DNA from: a bacterium
GTDB taxonomy: Bacteria; CAIWAD01
DNA length: 64,000 nucleotides
Assembly: GCA_030429345.1 (NCBI GenBank)
Contig: JAUIFJ010000014.1
Coordinates: 35,989-99,988 of the forward strand
Direction: 5' to 3'
The translations under genes were made by a program, and so were the position numbers. The notes under the pieces are model-generated. The model searched no databases and was not told the DNA's origin. It was given only the letters and a program-made list of their open reading frames with translations. Positions 1-9,234 of the stretch are shown here, one piece after another; within the stretch, counting starts at the first letter, position 1; the number at the start of each line of letters is the position of its first letter.

Positions 1-314
1 CCAGCCGGTGGGATAGGCCGTTCCATCCTCGATGCAGCGTGCCTGGAAGGGTGTGTTGTCGAGTACGGTCTCGTCCACGTCTACAACGACCGCTCTCTGC
101 GGATCCTCCCCGCGCGCCAGGTCTTCCTCCAGGATGCGTCGCGCAAGGTTCCAGGCCTGGTAGCTCAGCGCGCGGGCTTCGGCGCTTTTCTGCTGCCACA
201 CGGTCGCCAGCACCATCTGCTGGTTGATCTGTGTATGCTCCCCGGCCAGTGCCACCGTCGGAAGCTGCAGTCCGAAGAGGAAGGACAGCAGAAAAAGGCT
301 GCAGAGGGACTTCA
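1..314 (-). CDS. Class C acid phosphatase / 5'-nucleotidase lipoprotein e(P4) family (HAD superfamily), N-terminal part; the gene continues past the window start
   Basis: It is absent from the ORF track because there is no stop codon inside the window. A by-eye reverse-complement translation from the ATG at 312-314 gives MKSLCSLFLLSFLFGLQLPTVALAG..., a signal-peptide-like start, followed by VVVDVDETVLDNTPFQA, the DxDET motif characteristic of class C (e(P4)) acid phosphatases. An AAGGAG Shine-Dalgarno sits about 8 nt upstream. Confidence 0.55.
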
Positions 315-494
315 TGGAGGACTCCTTTCTGTGGATTTGCCGATTCGCCGGCCTGCCGAAGCGAAGAAAGTAGGACTTCTGTCACAAGAGCCAAGCTGCG
401 GAGTACCCGGCCTGACTGGATTCGCTTTGGCGAATTCCCTACCATGACAGACGAGTGCGTCCTCTCGCTGCCGGAACCTGCATTGTCGGGATGA

Positions 495-962
495 ATGTGT
501 ATGACAAGGATCGAAGAAGACACTCTGCGAGCCATTCTTCCCAGGGCGGGGTATCGTTTGCAACGACAGTTGCTTGGAATGGCCCTCGCCCTGGCCTTCC
601 TGCTCCTTCTGTTCGAAGTCTGCTTTCCTGGACTCAGGCTCGCAATACATGGAGCTGCTCTTGTGCTACTTTTTGGTGTAATCCATGGAGTGCGAGCGCT
701 GCTCTGGCCACGCAACCGCATGCTGGTGATCGAGGGCGATAGCGTCTGGCTCGCCCCCCGCGAGGAGACGACACGAAACATCGATCAGCTGGACCCGGAT
801 CGCAAACGGCCGTCCTGGATCGAGGCCCTGATCTGGATCCGTCAGTACACGGACAAGGATGGATCAATCCTCTTCGAGATTCCGCGGGCCGACTTTTCAG
901 GCCGCCAGATCCGGCAGTTCGAGGCCCATCTCAGGCGGAAGCGCAGACTGGAAAAGGGATAG
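495..962 (+). CDS. Hypothetical membrane protein with two N-terminal transmembrane helices and a soluble C-terminal domain
   Basis: ORF track, 155 aa. The hydrophobic stretch LLGMALALAFLLLLFEVCFPGLRLAIHGAALVLLFGVI is followed by a charged domain. It lies on the same strand as the downstream genes and may form an operon with them. Confidence 0.4.
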   Translation: MCMTRIEEDTLRAILPRAGYRLQRQLLGMALALAFLLLLFEVCFPGLRLAIHGAALVLLFGVIHGVRALLWPRNRMLVIEGDSVWLAPREETTRNIDQLDPDRKRPSWIEALIWIRQYTDKDGSILFEIPRADFSGRQIRQFEAHLRRKRRLEKG

Positions 963-1014
963 CGGATTTTAGCAATGAAACAATCCATGAATCTCTGCGG
1001 AAAGGGAGTGTGAC

Positions 1015-1500
1015 ATGAGTTTCCAGCGCGCAGACCTGAGGATCAAGCGCCGGCCGGGCCATGTGTTCCTGACGAATCTGCTGATGTACCTGATGCTGCT
1101 GCCATTCTACCTGCTTTTTCTGTACTGGCTTGAAGCGGATCGTAGCCAGTTCTGGATGTTACCGACTGTCATCTTCCTGGTTGTCATTCCCATGACCGTG
1201 TTTCAAACGCGCAGGACCTGCATTCGCACTCGTAAAGGCAGAGTCTGGGTGGATCCCTTTGTATCGAAGTCCGCCGAGATCATGTCTCTGGAAATTCCCG
1301 ATTCGCCGAAGAGGTTCTATTGGCGACAGATCTTCGGAAAGCCGGGGCAGGTTGTAAACAGCAAAGGTCGAAGCCATTTTCTTGTGAGTCGATTTATTTT
1401 TAGCAAGGACCAGATCGAAGAGATGAACACCTATCTGCGCGAGTACCAGCAGGCGGTTCGGGCGGCCCGCGCACTTCACTCTGGAGGGAATCATGTCTGA
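1015..1500 (+). CDS. Hypothetical membrane protein with the same architecture as the upstream ORF, a possible paralogue
   Basis: ORF track, 161 aa, with two TM helices (LLMYLMLLPFYLLFLYWL and FWMLPTVIFLVVIPMTVF). Its stop overlaps the aldehyde dehydrogenase start in an 8-nt ATGTCTGA arrangement, which is consistent with translational coupling. Confidence 0.45.
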   Translation: MSFQRADLRIKRRPGHVFLTNLLMYLMLLPFYLLFLYWLEADRSQFWMLPTVIFLVVIPMTVFQTRRTCIRTRKGRVWVDPFVSKSAEIMSLEIPDSPKRFYWRQIFGKPGQVVNSKGRSHFLVSRFIFSKDQIEEMNTYLREYQQAVRAARALHSGGNHV

Positions 1501-2893
1501 CATAGAGCTGGCCATCCGCTCGCCCTGGAGGGGGGAGCCGCTGGACATACTGCCGCTGATGACCTGGAAGGAACTGGATGCTCTTCTGGAACGGGCGGCG
1601 CTCCTCGCCCGCCGGCCGGAGGAAGCCCTGCCGACGGATGAGCGTATACGCATCCTGGAAGGTTGCCTGGAGCAGGTCGTGAGACGCCGGGAGGAGTTCG
1701 CCCTGACCGCTGCCCGCGAAGGCGGCAAACCCCTGGCCGACAGCAACGTCGAGCTGGATCGCGCGGCCGAGGGCATTCGCATGGCCATTGCCGTACTCAA
1801 GACCCATGAAGGCCGTGTGCTCCCGATGGGCTTCAACGCCGCAAGCCGGGGCCGCCTGGCCTATACACAGCGCGAGCCCCTGGGCCCCGTGCTGGCGATC
1901 AGCGCTTTCAACCATCCCTTCAACCTGATCGTGCACCAGGCGATCACGGCCGTCGCCGCCGGATGTCCCGTGCTGGTCAAGCCGGCGCTGGTCACGCCGC
2001 TTTCCTGTCGCAACCTGTTGCAGTGCCTCTACGACGCCGGCCTTCCCGGCGAGTGGTGCAGCATGATCTTCTGCGAGGACGAATTGACCGCGCGCCTGGC
2101 CGCCGATCCGCGCCTGGCCTTCGTCAGCTTCATCGGCAGCGCCGAGGTGGGCTGGAAACTGCGTTCGCGCCTGGCGCCCGGCGCGGCCTGCGTGCTGGAG
2201 CACGGGGGAGCGGCTCCCGTCTTGCTGGCCGAGGACGCGGATCTCGAGGCCGCGATTGCCCCGCTGGTCAAGGGAGCCATGTATCACGCCGGCCAGGTCT
2301 GCGTCAGCGTGCAGCGGGTCTTTGCGCCAAAGGCTCAGGCGAAAGATGTCGCCGGTCGCCTGGCCGAGGCGGCGAAGGGCCTGCGCGTCGGGGATCCGGC
2401 CTTGGCAGGGACGGAGGTAGGACCGCTGATCCGCCGCAGCGCCCACGAGCGCGTTTCCGCCTGGGTCGAGGAGGCCCGCGCCGGCGGGGCCGCCGTGCTC
2501 TGCGGCGGCAGCTCGATCGACGAGGACTGCTACGCGCCGACCGTGTTGCTGGATCCGCCCGCCGATTCGGCGGTGATGCGGAAGGAGATCTTCGGGCCGG
2601 TAGTCTGTGTGACATCCTTTGACAGCCTGGAAGAGGCGGTCGGTCGTGCCAACGAACTGCCTCTCGCTTTCCAGGCGGCCGCATTCACACAGTCTCTGGA
2701 CACGGCCCTCTTCCTGCAGCGCAGGCTGCGCGCCAACGCCGTGATGATCAACGACCACACGGCCTTCCGCGTGGACTGGATGCCCTTCGGTGGTTCCGAA
2801 CACGCAGGCCTCGGCATGGGCGGCATTGCCGAAGCCATGCGCGACATGAGCCGCGAGAAGCTGGTCGTCTGGAAGAGTCCCTCGATTCCGTGA
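1493..2893 (+). CDS. Aldehyde dehydrogenase family protein
   Basis: 466 aa with typical ALDH length and motif layout: the FNHPFNLIVHQ region, FIGSAEVG (GxxxxG nucleotide-binding region), catalytic-Cys context HAGQVCVSVQRVF, and EIFGPV. The large antisense ORF at 1400..3088 is spurious. Confidence 0.85.
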   Translation: MSDIELAIRSPWRGEPLDILPLMTWKELDALLERAALLARRPEEALPTDERIRILEGCLEQVVRRREEFALTAAREGGKPLADSNVELDRAAEGIRMAIAVLKTHEGRVLPMGFNAASRGRLAYTQREPLGPVLAISAFNHPFNLIVHQAITAVAAGCPVLVKPALVTPLSCRNLLQCLYDAGLPGEWCSMIFCEDELTARLAADPRLAFVSFIGSAEVGWKLRSRLAPGAACVLEHGGAAPVLLAEDADLEAAIAPLVKGAMYHAGQVCVSVQRVFAPKAQAKDVAGRLAEAAKGLRVGDPALAGTEVGPLIRRSAHERVSAWVEEARAGGAAVLCGGSSIDEDCYAPTVLLDPPADSAVMRKEIFGPVVCVTSFDSLEEAVGRANELPLAFQAAAFTQSLDTALFLQRRLRANAVMINDHTAFRVDWMPFGGSEHAGLGMGGIAEAMRDMSREKLVVWKSPSIP

Positions 2894-2940
2894 GGCAAGG
2901 TGCCGCTCTCCGGATGCGCGCCTGCATGAATGGACGGAGA

Positions 2941-2975
2941 AAAGGGGATCCCGCACCTGCCGGATCCCCTTTTTG
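2941..2975. terminator. Bidirectional intrinsic terminator between the convergent ALDH (+) and S1 peptidase (-) genes
   Basis: GGGGATCCG-cacctgc-CGGATCCCC stem, with a T-run (tttttgtgttt) on the plus strand and an A/T stretch on the other side. Confidence 0.6.
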
Positions 2976-2993
2976 TGTTTCCTGGGTCGTGGC

Positions 2994-5489
2994 TCAGGGA
3001 CGCAACTCTTCCGCCGTGATTCCTTCGCTCGCTGCCAGCGGCGGTTCCCCATTCCCCGACAAGCCACGGAAGAAGGCCCTGCTGCCAAGGAGCTGGAAGC
3101 CGCGGATCACGCGGAAGCTGTCCCCCTGCGATACGCCGAGCGTCTGCCAGGGACCCTGCGGATCCGTGCTCCATTCCAGCAGGGTCCAGTCCGCTCCGGC
3201 TCCGGGCTGCCAGGAAAGCAGCAGGTCATTGCCCACGCGCCGGGGCTGCAGCAGGACAGGCGGCTGGGCTTCGGCGCCCTCTTCCGGGTCCACGCCCGTG
3301 ATGCGCAGGTCGTCGATGTTCCAGCCGCAGAACTGCCAGCTGCCATCCGTGGGGCCAATGCCGAAGCCGACGCGGAAGGCCGGATTGTCGTCGGCCCATT
3401 GGCTCACATCCAGTTCGATCTCCTCCCAGGCGCCGCCGTCCAGGGTGCCTTCGTTGGTCCAGATCGTGTGCCACTGCAGGCCGTCGAATACCTCGATGTA
3501 GCCTTCGTCGTACTGGTGCTGCTCCAGCCCCAGCCAGCGCTGGAAGACAAGCCGCGTCTGGATCCGGTCCGACAGGTCGATCTGCGGCGAGCGCGCCCAG
3601 CGGGTCAGCGAAATGCTGTTCTCGTAGTCCCCGCCGATCTGGTAGCCCAGGATGCCGTTGTCCTCTCCGGGGCTGGTGTCCTCGGCGGGATCCTCCTCGC
3701 CGTACTGGCCGCCGCCCGCCTGGGCCGGGCCGATCTCCCACCCCGTGTCGAGCTCCCAGCCGGAGTCGGCGGAGAAGTCGTCTACGAAGAGTTCCTGCCA
3801 GTGGCCCAGCAGCAGTTCGAATTCGCGTGTCACGGCATAGCCGCCATCGGCCGCCAGGCTCAGGCTTAGGACCACGCTTTCCCCGGCGACGGCCTCCGCG
3901 TCGATGGTGATACTGAAGCCGATCGTGCTCCACCCGTCATTCTGGTAGGCGATGTTCGGCCAGCTGCCGACGTTCTCGCTGGCGCTGATCCATGGATTAT
4001 CGCTGGAAAGGGTTCCTGTGATCCCCGTGGCGTCGAGGCCGCTGTTGCGCAGCAGGATCTCGATCGGCAGGCTGGCGCCGGGGATCGGCCAGGCCTCCGG
4101 CTCGGCGGCGCGCCAGTCGGCAACCAGCAGGTTGGGCATGTCGCCCGGTCCGGTTCCCAGCCCGTCGAGGAATTCTTCGCCGGTTCCGATCGGATCCAGC
4201 CAGTCCACCAGGCGTGAGGACGCGTTCGAGCCGGCATCCCAGCTCATGCTGAATTTGCCGTAATAATCGTTGACGTTGTTCGAGCAGTTGGCCTCTCCGC
4301 CGTGCAGCTGTCCGACAATGCGGTGTTCCGGATTGTAGAGCGGCGACCCCGAACTGCCGCCCTCCGTCGTGCCGTCTTCCCAGTCGGCCACCCGCCAGTG
4401 CGAATTGCCCCCCGAGAAATAGCCGGAGCTGATCAGCGCGTCCTCGTCGAAGGAGATCTTCTTGATGTCGCCGCTCGGGTGATGGATGCCCACCGCGCCG
4501 GGAGCGGGAATGTCGCGCGCGTCCCAGCCGGAATAGGTCACCTCGTAGGACGGCGGAATGTCTTCCGTCAGTTCCAGCAGGGCGAAGTCGGAGGCGTCGC
4601 GGCTGGCCCGCAGGATGGCGCCCTGCACCGAATCCGTCGTCGGGCCGTTCTGGTTGGCGCAGCCGGGGCTCTCGTAGTTGAAGATGAAGACCCAGCTTGT
4701 CTCACCGCCCAGGCAGTGGTTGGCTGTCAGGAAGTACTGTGTCGCGTCGTGCGCCGTGTTGTTGATCAGCGCCCCGCTGCAGATGCGGAATCCGCCGCCG
4801 GTGGTGATCATGGCCACGCTGCGGCTCTCGCCCTGCCAGTCTTCCCCTTCCGGACAATTGACATTGTTGTTGCATCCGCCCGAATCCCCGTAGTCGCGGG
4901 CCTCGTCGAGCGCCAGGTCGAAGATGTCGCGGTAGCCGTGAATCACGCGGCGAATCCGGAAGTCGCATGAGGCGGGGCTTATCGCCGTGCGCAGTTCGAG
5001 CACGCAGCCTTCGCCGGGCACGGGCTGTGTGGCAAAGATGCCGTCGGCCCTGTTGTTGTGCTCGCCGAAAGCGCCGATCACGAAGCCGTTGTCCGGATTG
5101 TATACGAACAGCGTCGTCTTCGCGGGCAGGGCGAAGTCCTCGAAGACCAGGTTGGTGCTCAGCGCACCGGGGCACTCCAGGGCCAGGCGCCAGAGCTGCT
5201 GGCCGTCGGGCAGCGTTTCCCATTGCCCGTGGGTCGAGGGACGGATGTCCGTCTCGAAGGGAGCGCCGAAACGCAGGGGAACATCTTTCCCTTCGAGGGC
5301 GTCTTCCGCCAGCAGTTGCTGATGATCGACCGCGGGAAAGGAAAGCGTGGCCGGGGCAGGGCCCAGGCTGGAACGGGCATCAAGACCCAGGGGTTCTCCC
5401 TCGAGGGAGAGCTGCGCCTGCAGCGGCACGGCGATGGAGAACAGGAGGAGCATGCCGGCAAGGGGCCGGACAGGAAAAATGGCTTGCAT
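2994..5489 (-). CDS. Secreted trypsin-like serine endopeptidase (S1 family, lysyl/glutamyl-endopeptidase-like) with an N-terminal propeptide and a long C-terminal domain
   Basis: 831 aa. It has a signal peptide (MQAIFPVRPLAGMLLLFSIAVPLQAQ), the catalytic His context LTANHCL and the catalytic Ser context TEGGSSGSPLY. The C-terminal ~350 aa has no recognisable T9SS tail. Confidence 0.7.
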   Translation of the reverse strand: MQAIFPVRPLAGMLLLFSIAVPLQAQLSLEGEPLGLDARSSLGPAPATLSFPAVDHQQLLAEDALEGKDVPLRFGAPFETDIRPSTHGQWETLPDGQQLWRLALECPGALSTNLVFEDFALPAKTTLFVYNPDNGFVIGAFGEHNNRADGIFATQPVPGEGCVLELRTAISPASCDFRIRRVIHGYRDIFDLALDEARDYGDSGGCNNNVNCPEGEDWQGESRSVAMITTGGGFRICSGALINNTAHDATQYFLTANHCLGGETSWVFIFNYESPGCANQNGPTTDSVQGAILRASRDASDFALLELTEDIPPSYEVTYSGWDARDIPAPGAVGIHHPSGDIKKISFDEDALISSGYFSGGNSHWRVADWEDGTTEGGSSGSPLYNPEHRIVGQLHGGEANCSNNVNDYYGKFSMSWDAGSNASSRLVDWLDPIGTGEEFLDGLGTGPGDMPNLLVADWRAAEPEAWPIPGASLPIEILLRNSGLDATGITGTLSSDNPWISASENVGSWPNIAYQNDGWSTIGFSITIDAEAVAGESVVLSLSLAADGGYAVTREFELLLGHWQELFVDDFSADSGWELDTGWEIGPAQAGGGQYGEEDPAEDTSPGEDNGILGYQIGGDYENSISLTRWARSPQIDLSDRIQTRLVFQRWLGLEQHQYDEGYIEVFDGLQWHTIWTNEGTLDGGAWEEIELDVSQWADDNPAFRVGFGIGPTDGSWQFCGWNIDDLRITGVDPEEGAEAQPPVLLQPRRVGNDLLLSWQPGAGADWTLLEWSTDPQGPWQTLGVSQGDSFRVIRGFQLLGSRAFFRGLSGNGEPPLAASEGITAEELRP

Positions 5490-5626
5490 GGAAGGTCCTC
5501 AGATTTGCGACAGGACAGTTCCGGCAAAGTGGCATTTCGCACTGCCGCTGCAAAGATGGCCGGGTGCAAGTGTCCAGGCCGCATTGCCTCTTGCCTGTAG
5601 AAAACTTCATGCTGCCCTTGACAAAC

Positions 5627-5673
5627 TGACCGCCGGTCAGTACTCTTGGCACATGCAAAATGACCGTCGGTCA
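5627..5673. promoter_or_regulatory. Two copies of a 13-bp palindrome, TGACCGnCGGTCA, that are candidate TetR operators in the divergent intergenic region
   Basis: TGACCGCCGGTCA at 5627-5639 and TGACCGTCGGTCA at 5661-5673. A third half-palindrome, GGTCATGACC, lies at about 5692-5701. All are immediately upstream of, or overlapping, the first codons of the TetR ORF. Confidence 0.5.
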
Positions 5674-6367
5674 TCAAATGAACTGGAGTCACTCGGTCAT
5701 GACCCTCAATGAACGGCGAGACCGCGAGAAGCAGCAGCGACGCAAGGCCATTCTCGAGCAGGCGCGACGCCTCTTTCTGCAGAAGGGCTATGCGGCCGTC
5801 AGCCAGGACGAACTGGCGACGGCCTGCGAACTGGCGAAAGGCACTCTCTACCTCTACTTCCCCGGAAAGGCCGCCCTGCTGGGTGCTCTCTGCCGGGAAG
5901 CGCACCAGGAGATGAGCGCGGATTTCCGGCGGGTCGCCACTTCCGATGGGCCCCCCGGCAAACGGCTGAACGGAGTCGGCCTTGCGTTCGTCGACTGGTT
6001 TCGCAGGCACCGCGAAACCATGCCCTTGCTGGAGTATTCCGGGCGCGAGGATGTGCGTGCCGCCCTGCCGGATGCTCTGCGTCAGGAACTGGAAACGGAC
6101 GAGTTCGAGCCGATCCGCATTATGAGCGGACTGATTGCCGAATGCCGCGAGGCAGGCTATCTGAAAAAGCAGGTCGAACCCATGGAACTGGCCTGCCTGC
6201 TTGCGGGATCATCGATGGGCCTGGTGCGCATGGCCATGAGTTGCGGCGAGCTGCTTCCCGGATCGCCGGGGGACTTCATTCGCAAGGGCTGGGCCCTGGT
6301 GCTGGACGGCCTGGTCGAGGGCGGCCTGGAGGCGGAGCATCTGCTGTCTCCCGAAATGGATCACTAG
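5660..6367 (+). CDS. TetR/AcrR family transcriptional regulator
   Basis: The N-terminal HTH region is RKAILEQARRLFLQKGYAAVSQDELATACELAKGTLYLYFPGK. The real start may be an internal ATG at 5678 or 5699, because the palindromic operators overlap the first listed start codon. Confidence 0.8.
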   Translation: MTVGHQMNWSHSVMTLNERRDREKQQRRKAILEQARRLFLQKGYAAVSQDELATACELAKGTLYLYFPGKAALLGALCREAHQEMSADFRRVATSDGPPGKRLNGVGLAFVDWFRRHRETMPLLEYSGREDVRAALPDALRQELETDEFEPIRIMSGLIAECREAGYLKKQVEPMELACLLAGSSMGLVRMAMSCGELLPGSPGDFIRKGWALVLDGLVEGGLEAEHLLSPEMDH

Positions 6368-6371
6368 GAGA

Positions 6372-8648
6372 ATGAGAATGCTGAAGCCGATCGCATGGTT
6401 GGTCCTGCTGTTGCCGCTGGTGTTGCAGGGCGCGGAGTACGAACTGACCGGTGTCCTGCAGGGACAGGTGCTGGACAAGGAAAGCGGCGAGACCCTGGAG
6501 GGCTGCAACCTGCAGCTGCTGGACAGCCGGCTGGGCGCGGCGAGCGACCTGGATGGCCGCTTCCGCATCGAGGCGGTGAAGGTCGGCGTGCACAACCTGC
6601 GGGTCAGCCGGCTGGGCTACGAGACGAGAGTGGTCACCGACCTGGTCGTCACGCCGCGTCACAGCGACGAGGTGGTGATCGAGCTTGCGCCGGGCGCCAT
6701 GGAACTGGGAGAGATTGTCGTACGGCCGGACTATTTCAGCGTGCGCGACGAGGGCGGGGCGCCGGCGGTGAGATACAACCGCGAGGAGATCCGCCGGGCG
6801 CCGGGCTCCGCGGAGGATGTGAGCCGCCTGCTGCATGTCCATCCCGCCGTGGCCATGGGGCAGGACGACCAGCGCAATGACCTTGTCGTACGCGGCGGGA
6901 ATCCCATCGAGAACCTGCTGACCGTCGACGGGCATCCGGTGCAGAACCTTTCGCACTTCAGCAACCAGGGCTCGACGGGCGGCCCGGTAAGCATCCTCCA
7001 GGCGGACTTCATTGACGATGTGCGCTTCGTGCCGGGCAGTTTCGACTCCCGTTTCGGCAATCGCCTCAGTTCGGTGATGGATGTCCGCATGAGGCGCGGC
7101 AGCGATGGCTGCATGAGAGGGGAACTCTACAGCAGCATGGCGGGAATCGGATTCCAGGCAGAAGGCCCGCTGGGGAAGAAGGGCAGCTTCCTGCTCGGCG
7201 GCAGGCGTAGTTATCTGGAATTGATGGTGGATCAGCTCAACCTGGCCAACGCCCCGGTCATGGCCGACCTGAACGGAAAGGTCTCCTTTCATCCGGGTCC
7301 AAGGGATCGCGTCGATGTGCTGCTGCTGGGCAGCAGCAGCCGAATGCTGCAGAGCGCCGTGGACGACGCCGACCAGGGAGTCAACTTCGATACACGGGTC
7401 AAGAACTCGATGAGCGGGCTGAGCTGGAGGCATTTCCGCAAGGACGGCAGCTCCCTGACCACCCGTGTCACATTGAACAACCAGCTCTTCGACGAGACCT
7501 TCAGCTGGTACGACAGCACGGAGCGCAGCGATCACAGTGCAAGGGAGAACACGCTGACCCTGCAGAGCGAGTGGAGCCGCCGCTTCGGGGCTTCCCTGTG
7601 GACGATCGGCGCCGGAGCGGAGCGGCTGGACAGCCACCATGATGTCACACTGGAGAGCTGGACCACCGTCTTCGGCGAGCCGATTCCTCCGGCGCGCGTC
7701 GAACTGGACCTGGACAAGGTGCGCAGCTTCGGTTTTCTCAACCTTGTGCACGAGACGGGCTTCGGCCTGCAGCTCACGGCCGGCATGCGCGTGGATCACG
7801 ACGACTGGTTCGGCACGACGGATCTGCAGCCGCGCGTGGCCCTGCGCCAGCAGCTGTTCCGCGACTGGGCGATCACGGGAAGCGCCGGCGAGTACGCGCA
7901 GACGATTCCCGCCGGCTGGGCCGCCCAGGACGAGCGCAACCGGAACGCGGAGAGCATGAAGGTGAGACAGGGACAGCTGGGATTCGAGTGGCGCCCCGCC
8001 GACGCCTGGCTGCTCAGCCTGGACGGCTTCCACCGCAGCTACCGGGACATGCCCTACAGCCGCCAGCAGCCCTGGCTGCCCCTCGCCGCCGCAGGCAGCT
8101 ATTTCGGCTACCGCGACCTGGGCCTGATCCTCAGCGGCGGAGAAGGGCGCGCCTATGGGCTGGAATTCCTTGCGCAGAAGAAGTTGAGTGGCAAGACCTA
8201 CGGCACCTTCAGCTATGCCTGGTCGCTCAACCGCTACCGCACTCCGCTGGGCGAGTGGGAGACCGGTCCTTTCGACCGCCGGCACATGGCGACCGTGATC
8301 CTGGGCTGGCTGCCCAGCAATCGCCTGGAGCTGAGCATGAAGTACGCCATTTCGGGCGGCGCCCCGACCACGCCGATCAACGAGACCGCCAGCGCCATTG
8401 CCGGCCGCAGCCGCTACGACATCGCCCGGTTCAACGAAGACCGGCTGCCGGTGTATCACCGCCTCGACCTGCGCGCGGACTGGCGCTTCCACTTCCGCAC
8501 CCTTGACCTGGTGACCTTCCTGGACCTGCAGAACGCCTACAACCAGAAGAATGTCACCAGCCGCTACTGGTCGGTGGAGGACCAGCAGGTCAAGGAGCAG
8601 ATCGGCTGGGAGGTCATGCCCGTTGGGGGTGTGAGACTCGAATTCTGA
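6372..8648 (+). CDS. TonB-dependent outer-membrane receptor with an N-terminal carboxypeptidase-regulatory-like domain
   Basis: 758 aa. It has a signal peptide and the CarbopepD_reg-like segment LTGVLQGQVLDKESGETLEGCNLQLL...GRFRIEAVKVGVHNLRVSRLGYETRVVTDLVV, then plug and barrel regions. It starts 4 nt after the TetR gene. The antisense 813-aa ORF at 6276..8717 was rejected. Confidence 0.8.
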   Translation: MRMLKPIAWLVLLLPLVLQGAEYELTGVLQGQVLDKESGETLEGCNLQLLDSRLGAASDLDGRFRIEAVKVGVHNLRVSRLGYETRVVTDLVVTPRHSDEVVIELAPGAMELGEIVVRPDYFSVRDEGGAPAVRYNREEIRRAPGSAEDVSRLLHVHPAVAMGQDDQRNDLVVRGGNPIENLLTVDGHPVQNLSHFSNQGSTGGPVSILQADFIDDVRFVPGSFDSRFGNRLSSVMDVRMRRGSDGCMRGELYSSMAGIGFQAEGPLGKKGSFLLGGRRSYLELMVDQLNLANAPVMADLNGKVSFHPGPRDRVDVLLLGSSSRMLQSAVDDADQGVNFDTRVKNSMSGLSWRHFRKDGSSLTTRVTLNNQLFDETFSWYDSTERSDHSARENTLTLQSEWSRRFGASLWTIGAGAERLDSHHDVTLESWTTVFGEPIPPARVELDLDKVRSFGFLNLVHETGFGLQLTAGMRVDHDDWFGTTDLQPRVALRQQLFRDWAITGSAGEYAQTIPAGWAAQDERNRNAESMKVRQGQLGFEWRPADAWLLSLDGFHRSYRDMPYSRQQPWLPLAAAGSYFGYRDLGLILSGGEGRAYGLEFLAQKKLSGKTYGTFSYAWSLNRYRTPLGEWETGPFDRRHMATVILGWLPSNRLELSMKYAISGGAPTTPINETASAIAGRSRYDIARFNEDRLPVYHRLDLRADWRFHFRTLDLVTFLDLQNAYNQKNVTSRYWSVEDQQVKEQIGWEVMPVGGVRLEF

Positions 8649-8680
8649 GGCGGGATAAGCTGGAAACGTAGACGGAAATA

Positions 8681-8714
8681 GGAAAACGGGGATCGCATGC
8701 GATCCCCGTTTCTT
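8681..8714. terminator. Bidirectional intrinsic terminator
   Basis: AAACGGGGATCGC-at-GCGATCCCCGTTT perfect hairpin flanked by an A-run and a T-run. It sits between the end of the TonB-dependent receptor (+) and the end of the small basic-protein gene (-). Confidence 0.6.
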
Positions 8715-8769
8715 CATTGGCTTCCATCGGCACAGGGATCCGGAATCCGCTGTGCGGCGGACCGCAGTC

Positions 8770-8874
8770 CTAGCGGCTGCGCTTCTTCTTCGAAGAAGGA
8801 GGGGTCTTGCCGCCGGCGGGCTTGGGGGCCGGGGTGGGCTTGGGGCTCTTCTTCGCGGTGATCGACTTGCTCAT
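8770..8874 (-). CDS. Small (34 aa) Lys/Pro-rich highly basic protein
   Basis: Internal ATG at 8874 within ORF 8770..9030, encoding MSKSITAKKSPKPTPAPKPAGGKTPPSSKKKRSR. A GGAAAGGA Shine-Dalgarno lies about 8 nt upstream and the gene is followed by the bidirectional terminator. Sequence low-complexity keeps confidence low. Confidence 0.3.
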   Translation of the reverse strand: MSKSITAKKSPKPTPAPKPAGGKTPPSSKKKRSR

Positions 8875-9234
8875 CGATGCATCCTTTCCATTGCCCGTTG
8901 TTGAACGGGCGATGTCTGCTCTGTACCGACTTCCGCAAGCTATGTCGACCCACCTTCTGGCGAGCCGCAAGACTGCCGCGAAAACCGGCGCAGGCTGATT
9001 CGTGGGCTCCGCTAGCGCTGCATATGTCACTCAGCGGCTCCCACTCGAATCGGGCGGCAAAGGAGGAATTACGCGGGGATTCCTGCAAGAGAATTCTGAG
9101 GTATTTTCGCAGGCTCTGCAGGCCAGCCGATCTCACGGCCGCCGGGCCGGGCTACGCCAGATGCCGTATGGATCCTGACTGCCCAACCACCGATACTCGT
9201 GGTTCCGGAACCCACACCGAACCCGAGGAGAACC

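Noticed and set aside
1400-3088. 562-aa minus-strand ORF spanning the aldehyde dehydrogenase gene
   Set aside because: It is antisense to a well-supported ALDH with conserved motifs. Its product is an Arg/Gly/Ala-rich low-complexity sequence typical of GC-rich antisense frames.
6276-8717. 813-aa minus-strand ORF
   Set aside because: It is antisense to the TonB-dependent receptor gene and has no recognisable domains. It is a GC-driven artefact.
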